From IMG/VR virus record IMGVR_UViG_3300037067_009128, positions 53,326 to 117,325 of that record: a stretch of DNA of 64,000 bases; one strand, written 5' to 3'. This document shows, piece after piece, positions 9,479 to 19,556 of the stretch; positions within the stretch are counted from its first letter, which is position 1; each line of letters opens with the position of its first letter. This DNA is from a virus. Its lineage: Duplodnaviria; Caudoviricetes. Made by a program: the position numbers and the translations under genes. The notes under the pieces were generated by a model that saw only the letters and a list, made by a program, of their open reading frames with translations, was not told where the DNA came from and ran no database searches.

Positions 9479-10287
9479 ATAAATTTGATACCTTGTTCTT
9501 CTTTTGATTCAAGTGTTATATTATTATTTGTAAGGTATTTAATAAAATGTCTATTTAAAGCACCTATATTAGTTACATACTTTTTCCAATATCCGTCATT
9601 AAGTAACCAATCAATTCCTGACTTTATTACTTCCATATTATAATCACCGTATGATTTAACAAAACTTAAAGCATTATTATCTTCATATTTACGTTGTCTA
9701 GAGTTTAATACAGTACCGTATAAACTATTCATAACAGAATAGAAATATTCTAATACAGATTGTGCTTTTCTCCTATCTTTCTGTCTTTGTAATTTTTTGT
9801 TGATTTGTTCTTCGGATAAAACCTGTTTTGGCGGGATTAATATTTGTTTGTTAATGTTTGTATTATAATTCATACAATCTCCATCATATAAACCTAACGG
9901 AGTATACAATTCAACTATTAATATATCTATAATTTCTTGGTCACAAATAAGATGTGAATTAAGTAGTCTTATTGAAGTTTTTGATAAATCTGTAATGTTC
10001 ATATTAAAAGATTTACTATTGAAACTTATAAATATATCTGATTCTTTTAAATAAGATACATCTATAATTTCTAAATCCCATAAGATCTTAAGTGATGTAT
10101 ATATTTCTTGATCAGAAATTGATAACAAAGATTTCATTTTATCAAAACTAAACTTAAGATTCTTAAGAGATAAAACAAATAAATAATTTAGGATTTTGTG
10201 GTCATTTGTTGATAACTTTGACAATAAAGATACATTCATTTTTATTTTTTTGTTAAATGGATAAAATTGATTTGCAAAATTAAACAA
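9475..10287 (-). CDS. Putative replication initiator (N-terminal wHTH); start may be ATG 10239
   Basis: HTH-like FDKMKSLLSISDQEIYTSLKILWDLEII; C-terminal IKSGIDWLLNDGYW; upstream of loader-like gene and DnaB. Confidence 0.5.
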   Translation of the reverse strand: MFNFANQFYPFNKKIKMNVSLLSKLSTNDHKILNYLFVLSLKNLKFSFDKMKSLLSISDQEIYTSLKILWDLEIIDVSYLKESDIFISFNSKSFNMNITDLSKTSIRLLNSHLICDQEIIDILIVELYTPLGLYDGDCMNYNTNINKQILIPPKQVLSEEQINKKLQRQKDRRKAQSVLEYFYSVMNSLYGTVLNSRQRKYEDNNALSFVKSYGDYNMEVIKSGIDWLLNDGYWKKYVTNIGALNRHFIKYLTNNNITLESKEEQGIKFI

Positions 10288-10467
10288 TCAGTATACCATC
10301 AAACTATGAATGAAGAAGAAGTTAAAAAGATCTTAGAAGAATTAAATTTTGAATTAAATACCCCAAAATTCTTAAATTGGCTTTATGAGACAGGTAATAT
10401 AAAAGTCTTGAAAGATTCAGTAGAAAATTTATTGTATTTATTAATTAGTTATAAGGAAAACAAATAA
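10267..10467 (+). CDS. Hypothetical protein
   Basis: First ORF of the plus-strand block; start uncertain. Confidence 0.45.
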   Translation: MICKIKQSVYHQTMNEEEVKKILEELNFELNTPKFLNWLYETGNIKVLKDSVENLLYLLISYKENK

Positions 10468-10683
10468 GTGGAAAAAGAAATAAAGATCAGTTCTAATGGT
10501 GGAAAAACTCCAGAAGATTTGCTTAAAGAATGGTCTGCTAACCAAACAGAATTAGTAGTAAATACTTTTGTGAATAATACCAATGGTTTATGTGGATTAT
10601 TCATAAGCAAAAAAGGTGATATGAATCAGATCATCGATATTTATATTAAGAACGATCCTCCACAACTGCCATCACCGAGGTGA
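10468..10683 (+). CDS. Hypothetical protein
   Basis: Abuts the previous ORF; AAGGA upstream. Confidence 0.55.
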   Translation: MEKEIKISSNGGKTPEDLLKEWSANQTELVVNTFVNNTNGLCGLFISKKGDMNQIIDIYIKNDPPQLPSPR

Positions 10684-10757
10684 ATGTATACGGATCATTT
10701 CGGGGGATATAAGATGTCTCTTTTAACCTAATAAGATTCATTTTATATTCAAAAATC

Positions 10758-10775
10758 AAAGATCACTTATATTTG
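10758..10775 (+). promoter_or_regulatory. GA-N5-TAWWTTTR promoter motif
   Basis: AAAGA-tcact-TATATTTG. Confidence 0.6.
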
Positions 10776-11079
10776 TAAGTGCCTACGGGAATAATATAGT
10801 ATTAAAGAATATGTCTATAAGGAATCCATTGAATCCAAGATAAATTGATATATTATTAATTTGTATATTACAATTTATATTATATAAAAATTTAAATGTT
10901 ATAAAGTATAAATCATATCCAAAAGAATAAATTAATAATGATCACATATACCATGTCCACCTCAAAATACCTTCACGGCTGCTCATCACAAATGAATTAA
11001 AGAAGAATTAATTTTGATTTGTTCAAAAAATAAATAATTGAAAAAAGAAACACTCACTTAATCTAATAGGAGTTTTATT

Positions 11080-11427
11080 ATGGCAAAAGTTAAAGTTAAT
11101 AATCCAAAAGAAATAAAAAATCAAGCATCTTTATCAATCCCTGGGATTGATTTAACCAATGAAGATCTGAAACAATTCAAGGCTAAACTTATTGATGGCC
11201 TTATTGACAAGATACTTGACACTACAGTTATTGAAAATGCAGTAAGTAATATTATTTCTGATCTTAATATAAATATCAATATTCCTACAATTAATATTCC
11301 TATTGAAAAAGTACAAAAAACAGTTGAAAAATTATTAATAGATGATTTGAAAATGAATCCCGAAAATTACGTAAACAGTAATTCACTTTCAAAAGGTCTT
11401 TCTATAAAAATAGTAGCTAAAGATTAA
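11080..11427 (+). CDS. Hypothetical protein
   Basis: AGGAG RBS, ORF. Confidence 0.7.
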   Translation: MAKVKVNNPKEIKNQASLSIPGIDLTNEDLKQFKAKLIDGLIDKILDTTVIENAVSNIISDLNININIPTINIPIEKVQKTVEKLLIDDLKMNPENYVNSNSLSKGLSIKIVAKD

Positions 11428-11444
11428 AAAGAGGTAAAAGATTT

Positions 11445-11930
11445 ATGCCAAAAGTAAATAAAAGAGTTGCTAGAAAAGATTATCCTGAATTTGGGATTCT
11501 TAAAGGTGAAGAATATTACAATTGGGCTTTTAATTATGGTCCTAAGTTTAAAAGCAAAACTCCTCCTACAAGAAGTCAACTAACTCAAAGTAGTTTCTTA
11601 AAGAATCTTTATGATATCCAAGATGGATTGGATAAAAGATTTAAAGATACTACTTATGACTCATTTGATAGTGATCTTCAAGAATTAGTTGATGATATAA
11701 CTTCTTTAAAAGATGAATGTGAAAATAGTCTTGACAATATACCAGAACAATTAAGAGAAGCTCCTGCAGGTAGTACTTTACAAGAAAGAATTGATGCACT
11801 TGAAGAATGGATATCAGAATTAGAAGGAGTACAAATTGAAGAACTTGATGAAGAAAATCCTGATAATAAACAAGATGAAGCATTAACAAATGCAATAGAA
11901 GAAGCTTTATCAACAACATGTAACTTATAA
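11445..11930 (+). CDS. Hypothetical phage protein with acidic coiled-coil C-terminus
   Basis: GAGG RBS, ORF. Confidence 0.75.
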   Translation: MPKVNKRVARKDYPEFGILKGEEYYNWAFNYGPKFKSKTPPTRSQLTQSSFLKNLYDIQDGLDKRFKDTTYDSFDSDLQELVDDITSLKDECENSLDNIPEQLREAPAGSTLQERIDALEEWISELEGVQIEELDEENPDNKQDEALTNAIEEALSTTCNL

Positions 11931-11942
11931 AAAGAGACTAGA

Positions 11943-12209
11943 ATGATTAATTATTGTACTATAGAAGAAATAGAATCTTATTTTACAAAAACATGTATTG
12001 AATTATTACAAAAATGCAAAGATCCTGGGTACATAGTTCTTGGTAAGAATATTTATAATATGTTTTGTACTAAAAAAGAAAGATTAGTTGACCATTTAGA
12101 TATAAATGGAATGACATTAGAAGTTGTATTACTATTTGGTGATGATGTAGTTGATTATTTTGAAGTTTGTTTAAGATATCCAAGTTCAAATTTTATAGAA
12201 AGGAATTAA
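11943..12209 (+). CDS. Hypothetical protein
   Basis: ORF in operon. Confidence 0.6.
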   Translation: MINYCTIEEIESYFTKTCIELLQKCKDPGYIVLGKNIYNMFCTKKERLVDHLDINGMTLEVVLLFGDDVVDYFEVCLRYPSSNFIERN

Positions 12210-12346
12210 AATGAAAAATAAATTTGAACCAAATATATGGGTTATAATAATAAGTTTAATTTTAACAATAGTGTTTGGGGTTTTATCATTTCCTTTAATT
12301 AAAAAACTTTTTATTTGGGGATATCAATAAAACAAGAGGTATTAAA

Positions 12347-12568
12347 ATGAGTCTTATTTATTGTTTAGTAAAAAATAATGGGAAAATCATTGCTTCTGAA
12401 GAAGATGATAAAGTTAATTATCATATAAGACATAGTGCATTAAAAGGTAATTGGAATTTAGTTGTTGATTTACAAGATGTAATAATCTACCATTGTCAAG
12501 ATACTGATTATTTTATTATAAATGATTGTGGATTATCAACTATTTATGAATTAAAAGGATATAAATAG
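12347..12568 (+). CDS. Hypothetical protein
   Basis: GAGG RBS. Confidence 0.6.
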   Translation: MSLIYCLVKNNGKIIASEEDDKVNYHIRHSALKGNWNLVVDLQDVIIYHCQDTDYFIINDCGLSTIYELKGYK

Positions 12569-12570
12569 TT

Positions 12571-13059
12571 ATGGATATTAAAACTTGGTTAAAGACAAAT
12601 GAGAAAGAACTTGATTACATAAATGAAAATGTAGGATTGGCTATTGATGATAATAGTAGAGAACTCCGCAAGATATACTGGAATAACGGAAGACATGTTG
12701 CCGTAAACTATTGTGGAGGAGGAATTGAAATATATCATATTTATGTAAATGGGGTTAGACTAATAGAACTGTATCACAAGTATCATTCTGCAAAACAGTT
12801 CTTTTATTTAAAAGTAAACAGAAATGGAAAAGAAATTGAAGAATATTATGATACAGTCACTGATAAATGTATGTTTGAAATAAATTTTGATAAAATGAAA
12901 ATATTATTAGACGAATGGTTAAAGTTTATGGTTACAAAATGTAAACTGAGAGAACGTATTAAAAAAGCACAAGATGAGTATAATGAAAAAGAAAAGAAAA
13001 AACAACATCAAATTAAATATGAAAAAGAATTAAAAGTAATCAATAAGTATATACTATAG
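12571..13059 (+). CDS. Hypothetical protein
   Basis: ORF in operon. Confidence 0.65.
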   Translation: MDIKTWLKTNEKELDYINENVGLAIDDNSRELRKIYWNNGRHVAVNYCGGGIEIYHIYVNGVRLIELYHKYHSAKQFFYLKVNRNGKEIEEYYDTVTDKCMFEINFDKMKILLDEWLKFMVTKCKLRERIKKAQDEYNEKEKKKQHQIKYEKELKVINKYIL

Positions 13060-13066
13060 GATATTA

Positions 13067-13753
13067 ATGAGACAAACTATGATTTTTGAATGGGAAAAAA
13101 ATTGGAATAAAAGAGATGAAGATAATTTAAAACATTCAATAGATTTAATGAAAAAAAGTTTAAAAAAGAATCAAAAAAGGAAATTAATGAATATAGGAAC
13201 TAAATCATTATTATTTGGGGCACATCAATTTGTCATTCATCCAATCTTTGTATTAATTGCTTGGATTAAACTTTATGGATTTCCTTGGGATTTTCGTATT
13301 TGGATTGCAATAATTATACATGATTGGGGATATTGGGGTAAACCTAATATGGATGGTAAAGAAGGTGATACACATCCATTGTTTGCTGCAAAGATTATGT
13401 ATAAACTCTTTGGATGGAAATGGCATGATTTTTGTCTTTACCATTCAAGGTATTATGCTAAAAAGGATAATAGTATACCATCAAAATTATGTATGGCAGA
13501 TAAATTTAGTAATTATTATATTAATGGTAAACTTTATTTATTTTTGGTTAACCTTACAGGTGAAATTAAAGAGTATATGGATTTATCAAAGAAAAGAGAA
13601 GGTTCAAGTGAACAAATAAATAAGTATGAAAGTATGAACCTAAATTCTGAAGATCAGGTTTTATGGTTCAAAGGTGTACAGTCTTATTTATATAGATGGG
13701 TCATGAAACATAAAGATTGTGATAAATCTGATACTTGGACACCAGAATTATAA
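13067..13753 (+). CDS. HD-domain phosphohydrolase-like protein (possible start 13187)
   Basis: H...IIHDWG...H...YHS...ADK metal-binding pattern. Confidence 0.65.
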   Translation: MRQTMIFEWEKNWNKRDEDNLKHSIDLMKKSLKKNQKRKLMNIGTKSLLFGAHQFVIHPIFVLIAWIKLYGFPWDFRIWIAIIIHDWGYWGKPNMDGKEGDTHPLFAAKIMYKLFGWKWHDFCLYHSRYYAKKDNSIPSKLCMADKFSNYYINGKLYLFLVNLTGEIKEYMDLSKKREGSSEQINKYESMNLNSEDQVLWFKGVQSYLYRWVMKHKDCDKSDTWTPEL

Positions 13754-13847
13754 TTTTATTTCAAAAACTCGTAAGACTTTGTTCTTTATATATTATTATA
13801 TAAAACAATTTCTTTATTTATTAAACTAATAGAAAGGAGACATAAAA

Positions 13848-14093
13848 ATGTCAGAAGAAGCAAAAGCCCCAGTAGTTGAGAAGACGGCAACATTAGCAGA
13901 TCAGCAATTTGAATTAATCACAAACGTTATTAACGAAGATCTTGCAAAAGATTTTGAGAAATTCTTCGATAAGAATCAGAAAGCTGCTTCAAGACGTATA
14001 AATCGTGCAATGACCGATTTAAGAAAAGTAACAAAGTCAATTAAACTTGCTATTAAAGAACATAAAGCTTCAATGGTGAAAGTTACAGAATAA
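13848..14093 (+). CDS. Histone H1-like (Hc1 family) small DNA-binding protein
   Basis: DFEKFFDKNQKAASRRINRAMTDLRKVTKSIK resembles the Hc1 KGNKAA.xR.R core; strong AAGGAG RBS and own terminator. Confidence 0.7.
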   Translation: MSEEAKAPVVEKTATLADQQFELITNVINEDLAKDFEKFFDKNQKAASRRINRAMTDLRKVTKSIKLAIKEHKASMVKVTE

Positions 14094-14130
14094 ACTTTTG
14101 GTCTAAAAGACGATCGGTGAGACAACTAAG

Positions 14131-14163
14131 ATAGGGAGTTTTTTAAAGATTTCTCCCTATTTT
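14131..14163 (+). terminator. Intrinsic terminator
   Basis: ATAGGGAG...CTCCCTAT stem followed by T run. Confidence 0.65.
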
Positions 14164-14170
14164 GGTGTGA

Positions 14171-14188
14171 AAGGAACAATTATATTTG
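14171..14188 (+). promoter_or_regulatory. GA-N5-TAWWTTTR promoter motif
   Basis: AAGGA-acaat-TATATTTG upstream of the radical SAM gene. Confidence 0.6.
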
Positions 14189-14234
14189 TAAATAAAAACA
14201 AATTGAAATTTGAACTTTTTAATTAAGGAATAAA

Positions 14235-15329
14235 ATGGTATTTCCTAAAAATATTACTTATTTAAATATATCTATTACTAATCAATGTAATTTTAAATGT
14301 TCTTATTGTTATAAAAATAATAAATCAAAAGAACAATCAATTGATATGAGTTTTGATGATTTAGATAAAATTTTAAAAGCTTTATCCTTGAACAGTGATA
14401 GAAAATTACCTTTAACATGTTTTATTTCTGGAGGAGAACCTCTTTTAACAGATCATTTGAGTTTAATTACTCTTATAAATAAATATAATAAAATTAAATT
14501 TCAAATATCCACTAATGGGTCTATAAAGATAGAAGATTATTTTATAAATGGTCTTATCAATAAAAATATATCTTGGGTATTATCTTATGATGGGGTAATG
14601 TGTAATCAACGTATGGGGTTTGATAAAATTACATTTAATCATAATATAGATATTTTAACTAATAATGAATTTCATGTTCATTTAAATCCAACTTATAACC
14701 ATAATAATATCAAAAACATGGTTCATATTTATTATGAAGAATTAATAAATACAAATAAGTACATAACTTATGGTTGGAATTTAGCTAAAGCAGTAACAAC
14801 AGCTTTCCCAGATAATTACTATAAAGAATTTACTGATGCAATGTTTTTTATATTAAACGATATTTCTGAAAGAAAATATAAGTATGTACCTTTATATATA
14901 AAAGGATTAATAGGTTTAAAACTTGTAGGTAGTTTATCTCCTCATTGTTATCATAAATATCGTAATATTATTGATGTTTATGGGAATATTTATAGGTGTA
15001 ATATTATAAGTCAAAATACTGATTTTAGACATGGTAATATTCATGATGATTTATATTATAACTATATAAACTACAATTATAAATTTAATCTAAAACTTAA
15101 TAAAGTAGAAGATTTCATAAATAATTATAGACATGATTTTGATTGTAAATTGATATGTACATTGCATCCAAAAGTTTATACTATTTTAGATACTTTAATT
15201 GATGAATTTATAATAAAAGCACCTAGTAATGTATCATTAGATTCTATAAGTTTTTACAATAAATGTTATCCAACTGGATTTTGTTTAGGTACAAATATGA
15301 ATGCACCAGCATTTAATTTTAATTTATAA
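14235..15329 (+). CDS. Radical SAM protein with twitch/SPASM-like C-terminus
   Basis: CNFKCSYC, SGGEPLL, STNGS, SYDG, C...IDVYGNIYRC. Confidence 0.9.
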   Translation: MVFPKNITYLNISITNQCNFKCSYCYKNNKSKEQSIDMSFDDLDKILKALSLNSDRKLPLTCFISGGEPLLTDHLSLITLINKYNKIKFQISTNGSIKIEDYFINGLINKNISWVLSYDGVMCNQRMGFDKITFNHNIDILTNNEFHVHLNPTYNHNNIKNMVHIYYEELINTNKYITYGWNLAKAVTTAFPDNYYKEFTDAMFFILNDISERKYKYVPLYIKGLIGLKLVGSLSPHCYHKYRNIIDVYGNIYRCNIISQNTDFRHGNIHDDLYYNYINYNYKFNLKLNKVEDFINNYRHDFDCKLICTLHPKVYTILDTLIDEFIIKAPSNVSLDSISFYNKCYPTGFCLGTNMNAPAFNFNL

Positions 15330-15340
15330 AAAGGAGTAAA

Positions 15341-16690
15341 ATGGAGAATAGTTTTATAAAAATAGCAGAATGTTTCAATAAAATAAAAGAAACATCTTCA
15401 AGTAATGAGAAGAAAAAAATCTTAGAAAGTTTTTCTGGATCAATTTCTGATATAAAGATCATATTATCATTAACATATGATCCGTATATTATGTATTATG
15501 TAAATAAAGTAGATCTTGAGAATTTTAATGATCATGCATTGTTTTTAGGTGAATTTGATGTTGATGCTCTTTTAGATTATCTAGGGCCTCTTACTGAAAG
15601 GAAGATTTCTGGACATGATGCATTAAATCATGTTTGTAGGATTTATAATTTACTTCCCGTTAAGTTTCAACCATATTTAGAAAAGATTTTATGTAAAGAT
15701 TTAAAAATAGGTCTTGCAACGGGTTTAATCAATCAAGTATTTCCTGGTTTGATTCCAGAATTTGACTTAGCACTCTGTGAGAGATTTAAGAAAATCAAAT
15801 TGAATCAAATTAAATACCCAGTCTATGTTGAACCTAAAATTGATGGGACTCGTGCATTAGCTTTTGTTTATGAAGATCATGTTGAAATAAAAGCAAGATC
15901 GGGTATTAAGTTTGAAAATTTTAAAGTAATAGAACAAGAATTATTAGCAATTTCTGCTTTTATTGGGTATGTACTTGATGGAGAAATACAAGATGTTGAT
16001 TTTCAAACTACAATGAATAATGCTCGTAGAGTACATGATGCTCAAGCAGACAATGCAATATTTAAAATCTGGGATAAACTCTCAATAACTGAGTTTATGT
16101 TAAAACAATGTAAGTCATCACTTGAAGAAAGAAAACATGATTTAAGAGATATTTTTAATTATGTTAGTAATAATATCTCTTTTTATCATTTGGAGTTAAT
16201 CCCTTATGATATATGTGATTCATTTGAAGAAATACTGAAAGAATTTGAATATTGGAAATTTGAGAAAGGTGAAGAAGGAGTTGTTGTAAAAGATCCACAT
16301 TCAAAATATCCCTTTAAAAGAGACAGAGTTTGGTGGAAATTCAAGATTAGAGACTATTCTGAAGTAAAAGGTGATAAATCTAAATGTGAATGTTCTGCTC
16401 AGATTTTAGATTATTATAAAGGTGAACAAGGTACTAAATACGAAAATTCATTAGGTGGTTTTGTTTGTAAAACTGTAATAAATGGGGAAAATGTATACTT
16501 TAATGTTGGTGGTGGTTTTTCAGATGAACAAAGAGAAGATTTTATTAAAAGACCTCAAGATATAATAGAATATTTTCCAATAATAGATGTTAGTTATGAG
16601 GAGGTTACTAAAAATAAAAAAGGGACTTTGTCTTTACGACATCCAATCTTTCTTAGAATTAGAGAAGACTTAAACTCTATTGATGAATAA
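15341..16690 (+). CDS. ATP-dependent DNA ligase
   Basis: EPKIDGTR, LDGE, EGVVVK, WWKFK, VGGGFSDEQR, SLRHPIF. Confidence 0.95.
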   Translation: MENSFIKIAECFNKIKETSSSNEKKKILESFSGSISDIKIILSLTYDPYIMYYVNKVDLENFNDHALFLGEFDVDALLDYLGPLTERKISGHDALNHVCRIYNLLPVKFQPYLEKILCKDLKIGLATGLINQVFPGLIPEFDLALCERFKKIKLNQIKYPVYVEPKIDGTRALAFVYEDHVEIKARSGIKFENFKVIEQELLAISAFIGYVLDGEIQDVDFQTTMNNARRVHDAQADNAIFKIWDKLSITEFMLKQCKSSLEERKHDLRDIFNYVSNNISFYHLELIPYDICDSFEEILKEFEYWKFEKGEEGVVVKDPHSKYPFKRDRVWWKFKIRDYSEVKGDKSKCECSAQILDYYKGEQGTKYENSLGGFVCKTVINGENVYFNVGGGFSDEQREDFIKRPQDIIEYFPIIDVSYEEVTKNKKGTLSLRHPIFLRIREDLNSIDE

Positions 16691-16704
16691 ATTTAAGGAA
16701 TAAA

Positions 16705-16722
16705 AAAGAATAATTATATTTG
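16705..16722 (+). promoter_or_regulatory. GA-N5-TAWWTTTR promoter motif
   Basis: AAAGA-ataat-TATATTTG. Confidence 0.6.
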
Positions 16723-16770
16723 TAATTCAAATAAAATTTAATTATTTTTAATAAAAATTTAAAGGGTAAT

Positions 16771-16920
16771 ATGGGAGTATTTTACATTATTATAATATTT
16801 GTAATTATCTCATTAATTCTTGAGTTTTGTTATGCTTTATTTTTATTAAGTTTATTTTTATTAAGTTTATTTTTAATTATAAGGATTGGTCAATCTATAT
16901 GGAGAAAGTTAAAATTTTAG
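16771..16920 (+). CDS. 49-aa hydrophobic membrane micro-protein
   Basis: MGVFYIIIIFVIISLILEFCYALFLLSLFLLSLFLIIRIGQSIWRKLKF; downstream of a promoter motif. Confidence 0.45.
   Translation: MGVFYIIIIFVIISLILEFCYALFLLSLFLLSLFLIIRIGQSIWRKLKF
16836..16875 (+). repeat. 15-bp tandem repeat TTTATTTTTATTAAG, about 2.7 copies
   Basis: Read directly from the sequence. Confidence 0.85.
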
Positions 16921-17249
16921 GATTCTGTGATGGTCAACCCATAGGAACAATATATCATTTATCAAATAGTTATATTTTATTTAATATTAAAGATGATAAT
17001 AAAGGAAATTTCAATAGTGATGATATCATAAATATAAAACTGTCTAGTCCCCATTTAGAGTTTTTATATGAAAGTAATTATCAAAAAATAGAAGATATAG
17101 AAAAGATGTTTAATTATGAGGTTGTTTATAATAAATCATTAATAGAAAAAGAGGTAATATTTAATTCAAATGATATAATTGATGATGGTTTATTATTTGA
17201 TATAGCTTCAAGATGGATGGCAGATCCTGAGAAATTTTATGTAAATTAA
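16899..17249 (+). CDS. Hypothetical protein
   Basis: ORF 16827-17249; ATG 16899 preferred as start. Confidence 0.6.
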   Translation: MEKVKILGFCDGQPIGTIYHLSNSYILFNIKDDNKGNFNSDDIINIKLSSPHLEFLYESNYQKIEDIEKMFNYEVVYNKSLIEKEVIFNSNDIIDDGLLFDIASRWMADPEKFYVN

Positions 17250-17404
17250 AGAAAGGAAAATTAGATCTATGTTAGGAAGTATTAAATTATTAGGGTTACT
17301 TATTATTAATAATAAAATTAGTTTAAAAAGTTTAATTTTGTGGTATAATATTACAAAGAAACTTTTGATTTTAAGATTGAAATTTAATTATAATTAATGA
17401 AAAC

Positions 17405-17422
17405 AAAGATTGTTTATATTTG
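17405..17422 (+). promoter_or_regulatory. GA-N5-TAWWTTTR promoter motif
   Basis: AAAGA-ttgtt-TATATTTG. Confidence 0.6.
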
Positions 17423-17482
17423 CAATGTGTTATTTTTCTATTTATTAAAACAATTCAATCAATAAATTAAGGAGAACCTAAA

Positions 17483-17896
17483 ATGAGTAATGGTGTTAGT
17501 GCTTTGAAAAAATTAAAAAAATCACCTAAAACTACAGAAGATGCTGCAACTGTAAAAACAGAAGCACCTGTAAAGACTGATGTTCCAGCTGCTGCTTTGG
17601 CTGCAACAAATGGTGGTGAAAAAACAAAGAAAGGTTCTGGGTTAATTCCACGAACGAAAGATCCTGAAAAAGCAAAACTTGAAGCTGATACTCAAGCTGC
17701 TATTACAGAATTATTAAAAGCTTCAAAAGATGGTTTAATGGCTACTGATCTTCGATTAAAACTCTGGCCTACTCTTGCAGAAGATGAAGTTAAAGAAACT
17801 GAAAGATTCATTCGTCAGCAATGTAGAGCAATGGGTTGTGATTCAGTTCCTATTGAAGGCAGCCGTAAGGTAAAATACACATTACCTAAAAAGTAA
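17483..17896 (+). CDS. Putative nucleoid-associated protein: K/A/T-rich tail plus wHTH-like C-terminus
   Basis: Monocistronic with promoter motif, AAGGAG and terminator; low-complexity basic N-terminus. Confidence 0.55.
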   Translation: MSNGVSALKKLKKSPKTTEDAATVKTEAPVKTDVPAAALAATNGGEKTKKGSGLIPRTKDPEKAKLEADTQAAITELLKASKDGLMATDLRLKLWPTLAEDEVKETERFIRQQCRAMGCDSVPIEGSRKVKYTLPKK

Positions 17897-17919
17897 AATA
17901 AGAAAGTCAAATATATAAG

Positions 17920-17946
17920 AAAGGGCAATTCTCATTGCCCTTTTTG
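17920..17946 (+). terminator. Intrinsic terminator
   Basis: AAAGGGCAAT-tctc-ATTGCCCTTT plus T run. Confidence 0.85.
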
Positions 17947-17978
17947 ATTTTTAAGAAATATTTACTAAGGAATGATAA

Positions 17979-18341
17979 ATGGAAGCTTCAATAAGTCTTA
18001 ATGTAAATGATTTAATCTCATCTTTAAAAAATACTCCACAAGTCCCAAGATACAAAATAATAAACGGTCAAAGAATTAAAATTGAAGAATATAACAATCT
18101 TGAAAATCAAGAAAAAGAAAATTTACTCTTCAAAGATGAAATAGACTATTCTGTTATAGATGATGAACTTTATGAATTAGATAAAGAATGGAAAACAGAA
18201 ATTGACCCTGTTATGAAACAGATTTTATCTTTGAAATATGACTTGATAATTTTCCAATTCTTTCATCATGAAGAGGATGTCAATTTAATTACTGAATTAA
18301 CAAATCATCTTAACGATTTAACAAAATTATTAAAGAAATGA
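17979..18341 (+). CDS. Hypothetical protein
   Basis: AAGGA RBS. Confidence 0.65.
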   Translation: MEASISLNVNDLISSLKNTPQVPRYKIINGQRIKIEEYNNLENQEKENLLFKDEIDYSVIDDELYELDKEWKTEIDPVMKQILSLKYDLIIFQFFHHEEDVNLITELTNHLNDLTKLLKK

Positions 18342-18748
18342 ATAAATCTGATTTTAAAATATATGACCCAGTTAAATTTGAATTGATGATTAATCAAGTT
18401 ATCAGAAATGATGATTATCCTTTTAATTTTAAATGTAATATAAGAGTATGGGTAAAAGACAAAGAGATACCAGTAGTAAAAAATGCTTTTGAATTTAATC
18501 CTCTGTTATTGAAAAATTTAGATGATTTTATAAAGTTTAAAACTCATAAGTATTTTCCAGGGAAACATAAGAATTATTTTATTAAAGAAATCAAAGATCA
18601 ATTAAATTTAATTGATTTCGTTTTAATTGTAAAAGATAGAGAAAATAATGATTTTACTATAAAATTATATTTTGATACTTCTACAAAACAATATATTATC
18701 ACATCTGTAGAATCAAATTCTCTTTATCCAAAGGGCTCACAATTATAA
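18338..18748 (+). CDS. Hypothetical protein
   Basis: ATGA overlap with the previous gene. Confidence 0.65.
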   Translation: MNKSDFKIYDPVKFELMINQVIRNDDYPFNFKCNIRVWVKDKEIPVVKNAFEFNPLLLKNLDDFIKFKTHKYFPGKHKNYFIKEIKDQLNLIDFVLIVKDRENNDFTIKLYFDTSTKQYIITSVESNSLYPKGSQL

Positions 18749-18833
18749 ATCTGATGACTGGATGAATTAATTTATAATTGTTGATTTTCATTTTATAAAT
18801 AAATTTAATAAAATAATTTAAAGGAGATTTTTT

Positions 18834-19226
18834 ATGGACCCTAACAAATTGAAGAATCTAAAATCCCTATCAAACAAAGGAAAAAAAGATTCAGAAACTA
18901 AAAAAACTGAAGAAGTTGCAAAAACAGAAACACCTTCTGAAACAAAACCAGAAGTAAAATCTGAAGCAAAATCAGATACAGCAGCAACAGTTAAGAAAGC
19001 AAAGAAAGGTTTTGATGAAGCTAAACTTGAAGAATATGTAAAAATACTTTCTGATGGGAATGCTCATTCAATTCATGGCTTGCTTGACCATTTTAAACTT
19101 GATCACACAAGTTCTGGTAGAGAAGTCTTAAGGACAGCTAACAGGACTATCAATCAGACAGGTAAATTCAAAATAGAAACTATGTTTGTTGATAGTAAAA
19201 AAGCTAATAAATTAGTTAAATTATAA
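18834..19226 (+). CDS. Putative nucleoid-associated protein: K/E/T-rich tail plus wHTH-like C-terminus
   Basis: Same architecture as 17483-17896; AAGGAG RBS and terminator. Confidence 0.55.
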   Translation: MDPNKLKNLKSLSNKGKKDSETKKTEEVAKTETPSETKPEVKSEAKSDTAATVKKAKKGFDEAKLEEYVKILSDGNAHSIHGLLDHFKLDHTSSGREVLRTANRTINQTGKFKIETMFVDSKKANKLVKL

Positions 19227-19251
19227 ATTATTTTTCTTATTTGATTCATTG

Positions 19252-19279
19252 AGAGGACAACTTTAAATTGTCCTCTTTT
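19252..19279 (+). terminator. Intrinsic terminator
   Basis: AGAGGACAA-7nt-TTGTCCTCT plus TTT. Confidence 0.8.
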
Positions 19280-19289
19280 AATATTAAGG

Positions 19290-19556
19290 ATGTTTATGTT
19301 TGATGGAATTTCGTTGGTTATTTTTATCGTAATCATCTGGTTGATTAGGATTTTAATTGAACAAAATAGAGAATTAAAATCATACAGAAAGATATTTAAA
19401 TTCAATAAGAGTGAATTAAAAATTTTTAAAGAAAAAACTTTTATTTACAGTTATATTCAATTTAGACTTTTTATTCTTAGGGTTAAAAGATTAAATCTAA
19501 GAATAAAAAGAATTAAAACAGAAGAAGATATTGATTTTGTAATAAAAGAATTCTAA
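19290..19556 (+). CDS. Hypothetical membrane-anchored protein
   Basis: N-terminal hydrophobic helix. Confidence 0.55.
   Translation: MFMFDGISLVIFIVIIWLIRILIEQNRELKSYRKIFKFNKSELKIFKEKTFIYSYIQFRLFILRVKRLNLRIKRIKTEEDIDFVIKEF

Noticed and set aside
14095-14130. c-di-GMP riboswitch-like GGTCTAA element
   Set aside because: The rest of the aptamer is missing and it lies in a 3' UTR before a terminator.
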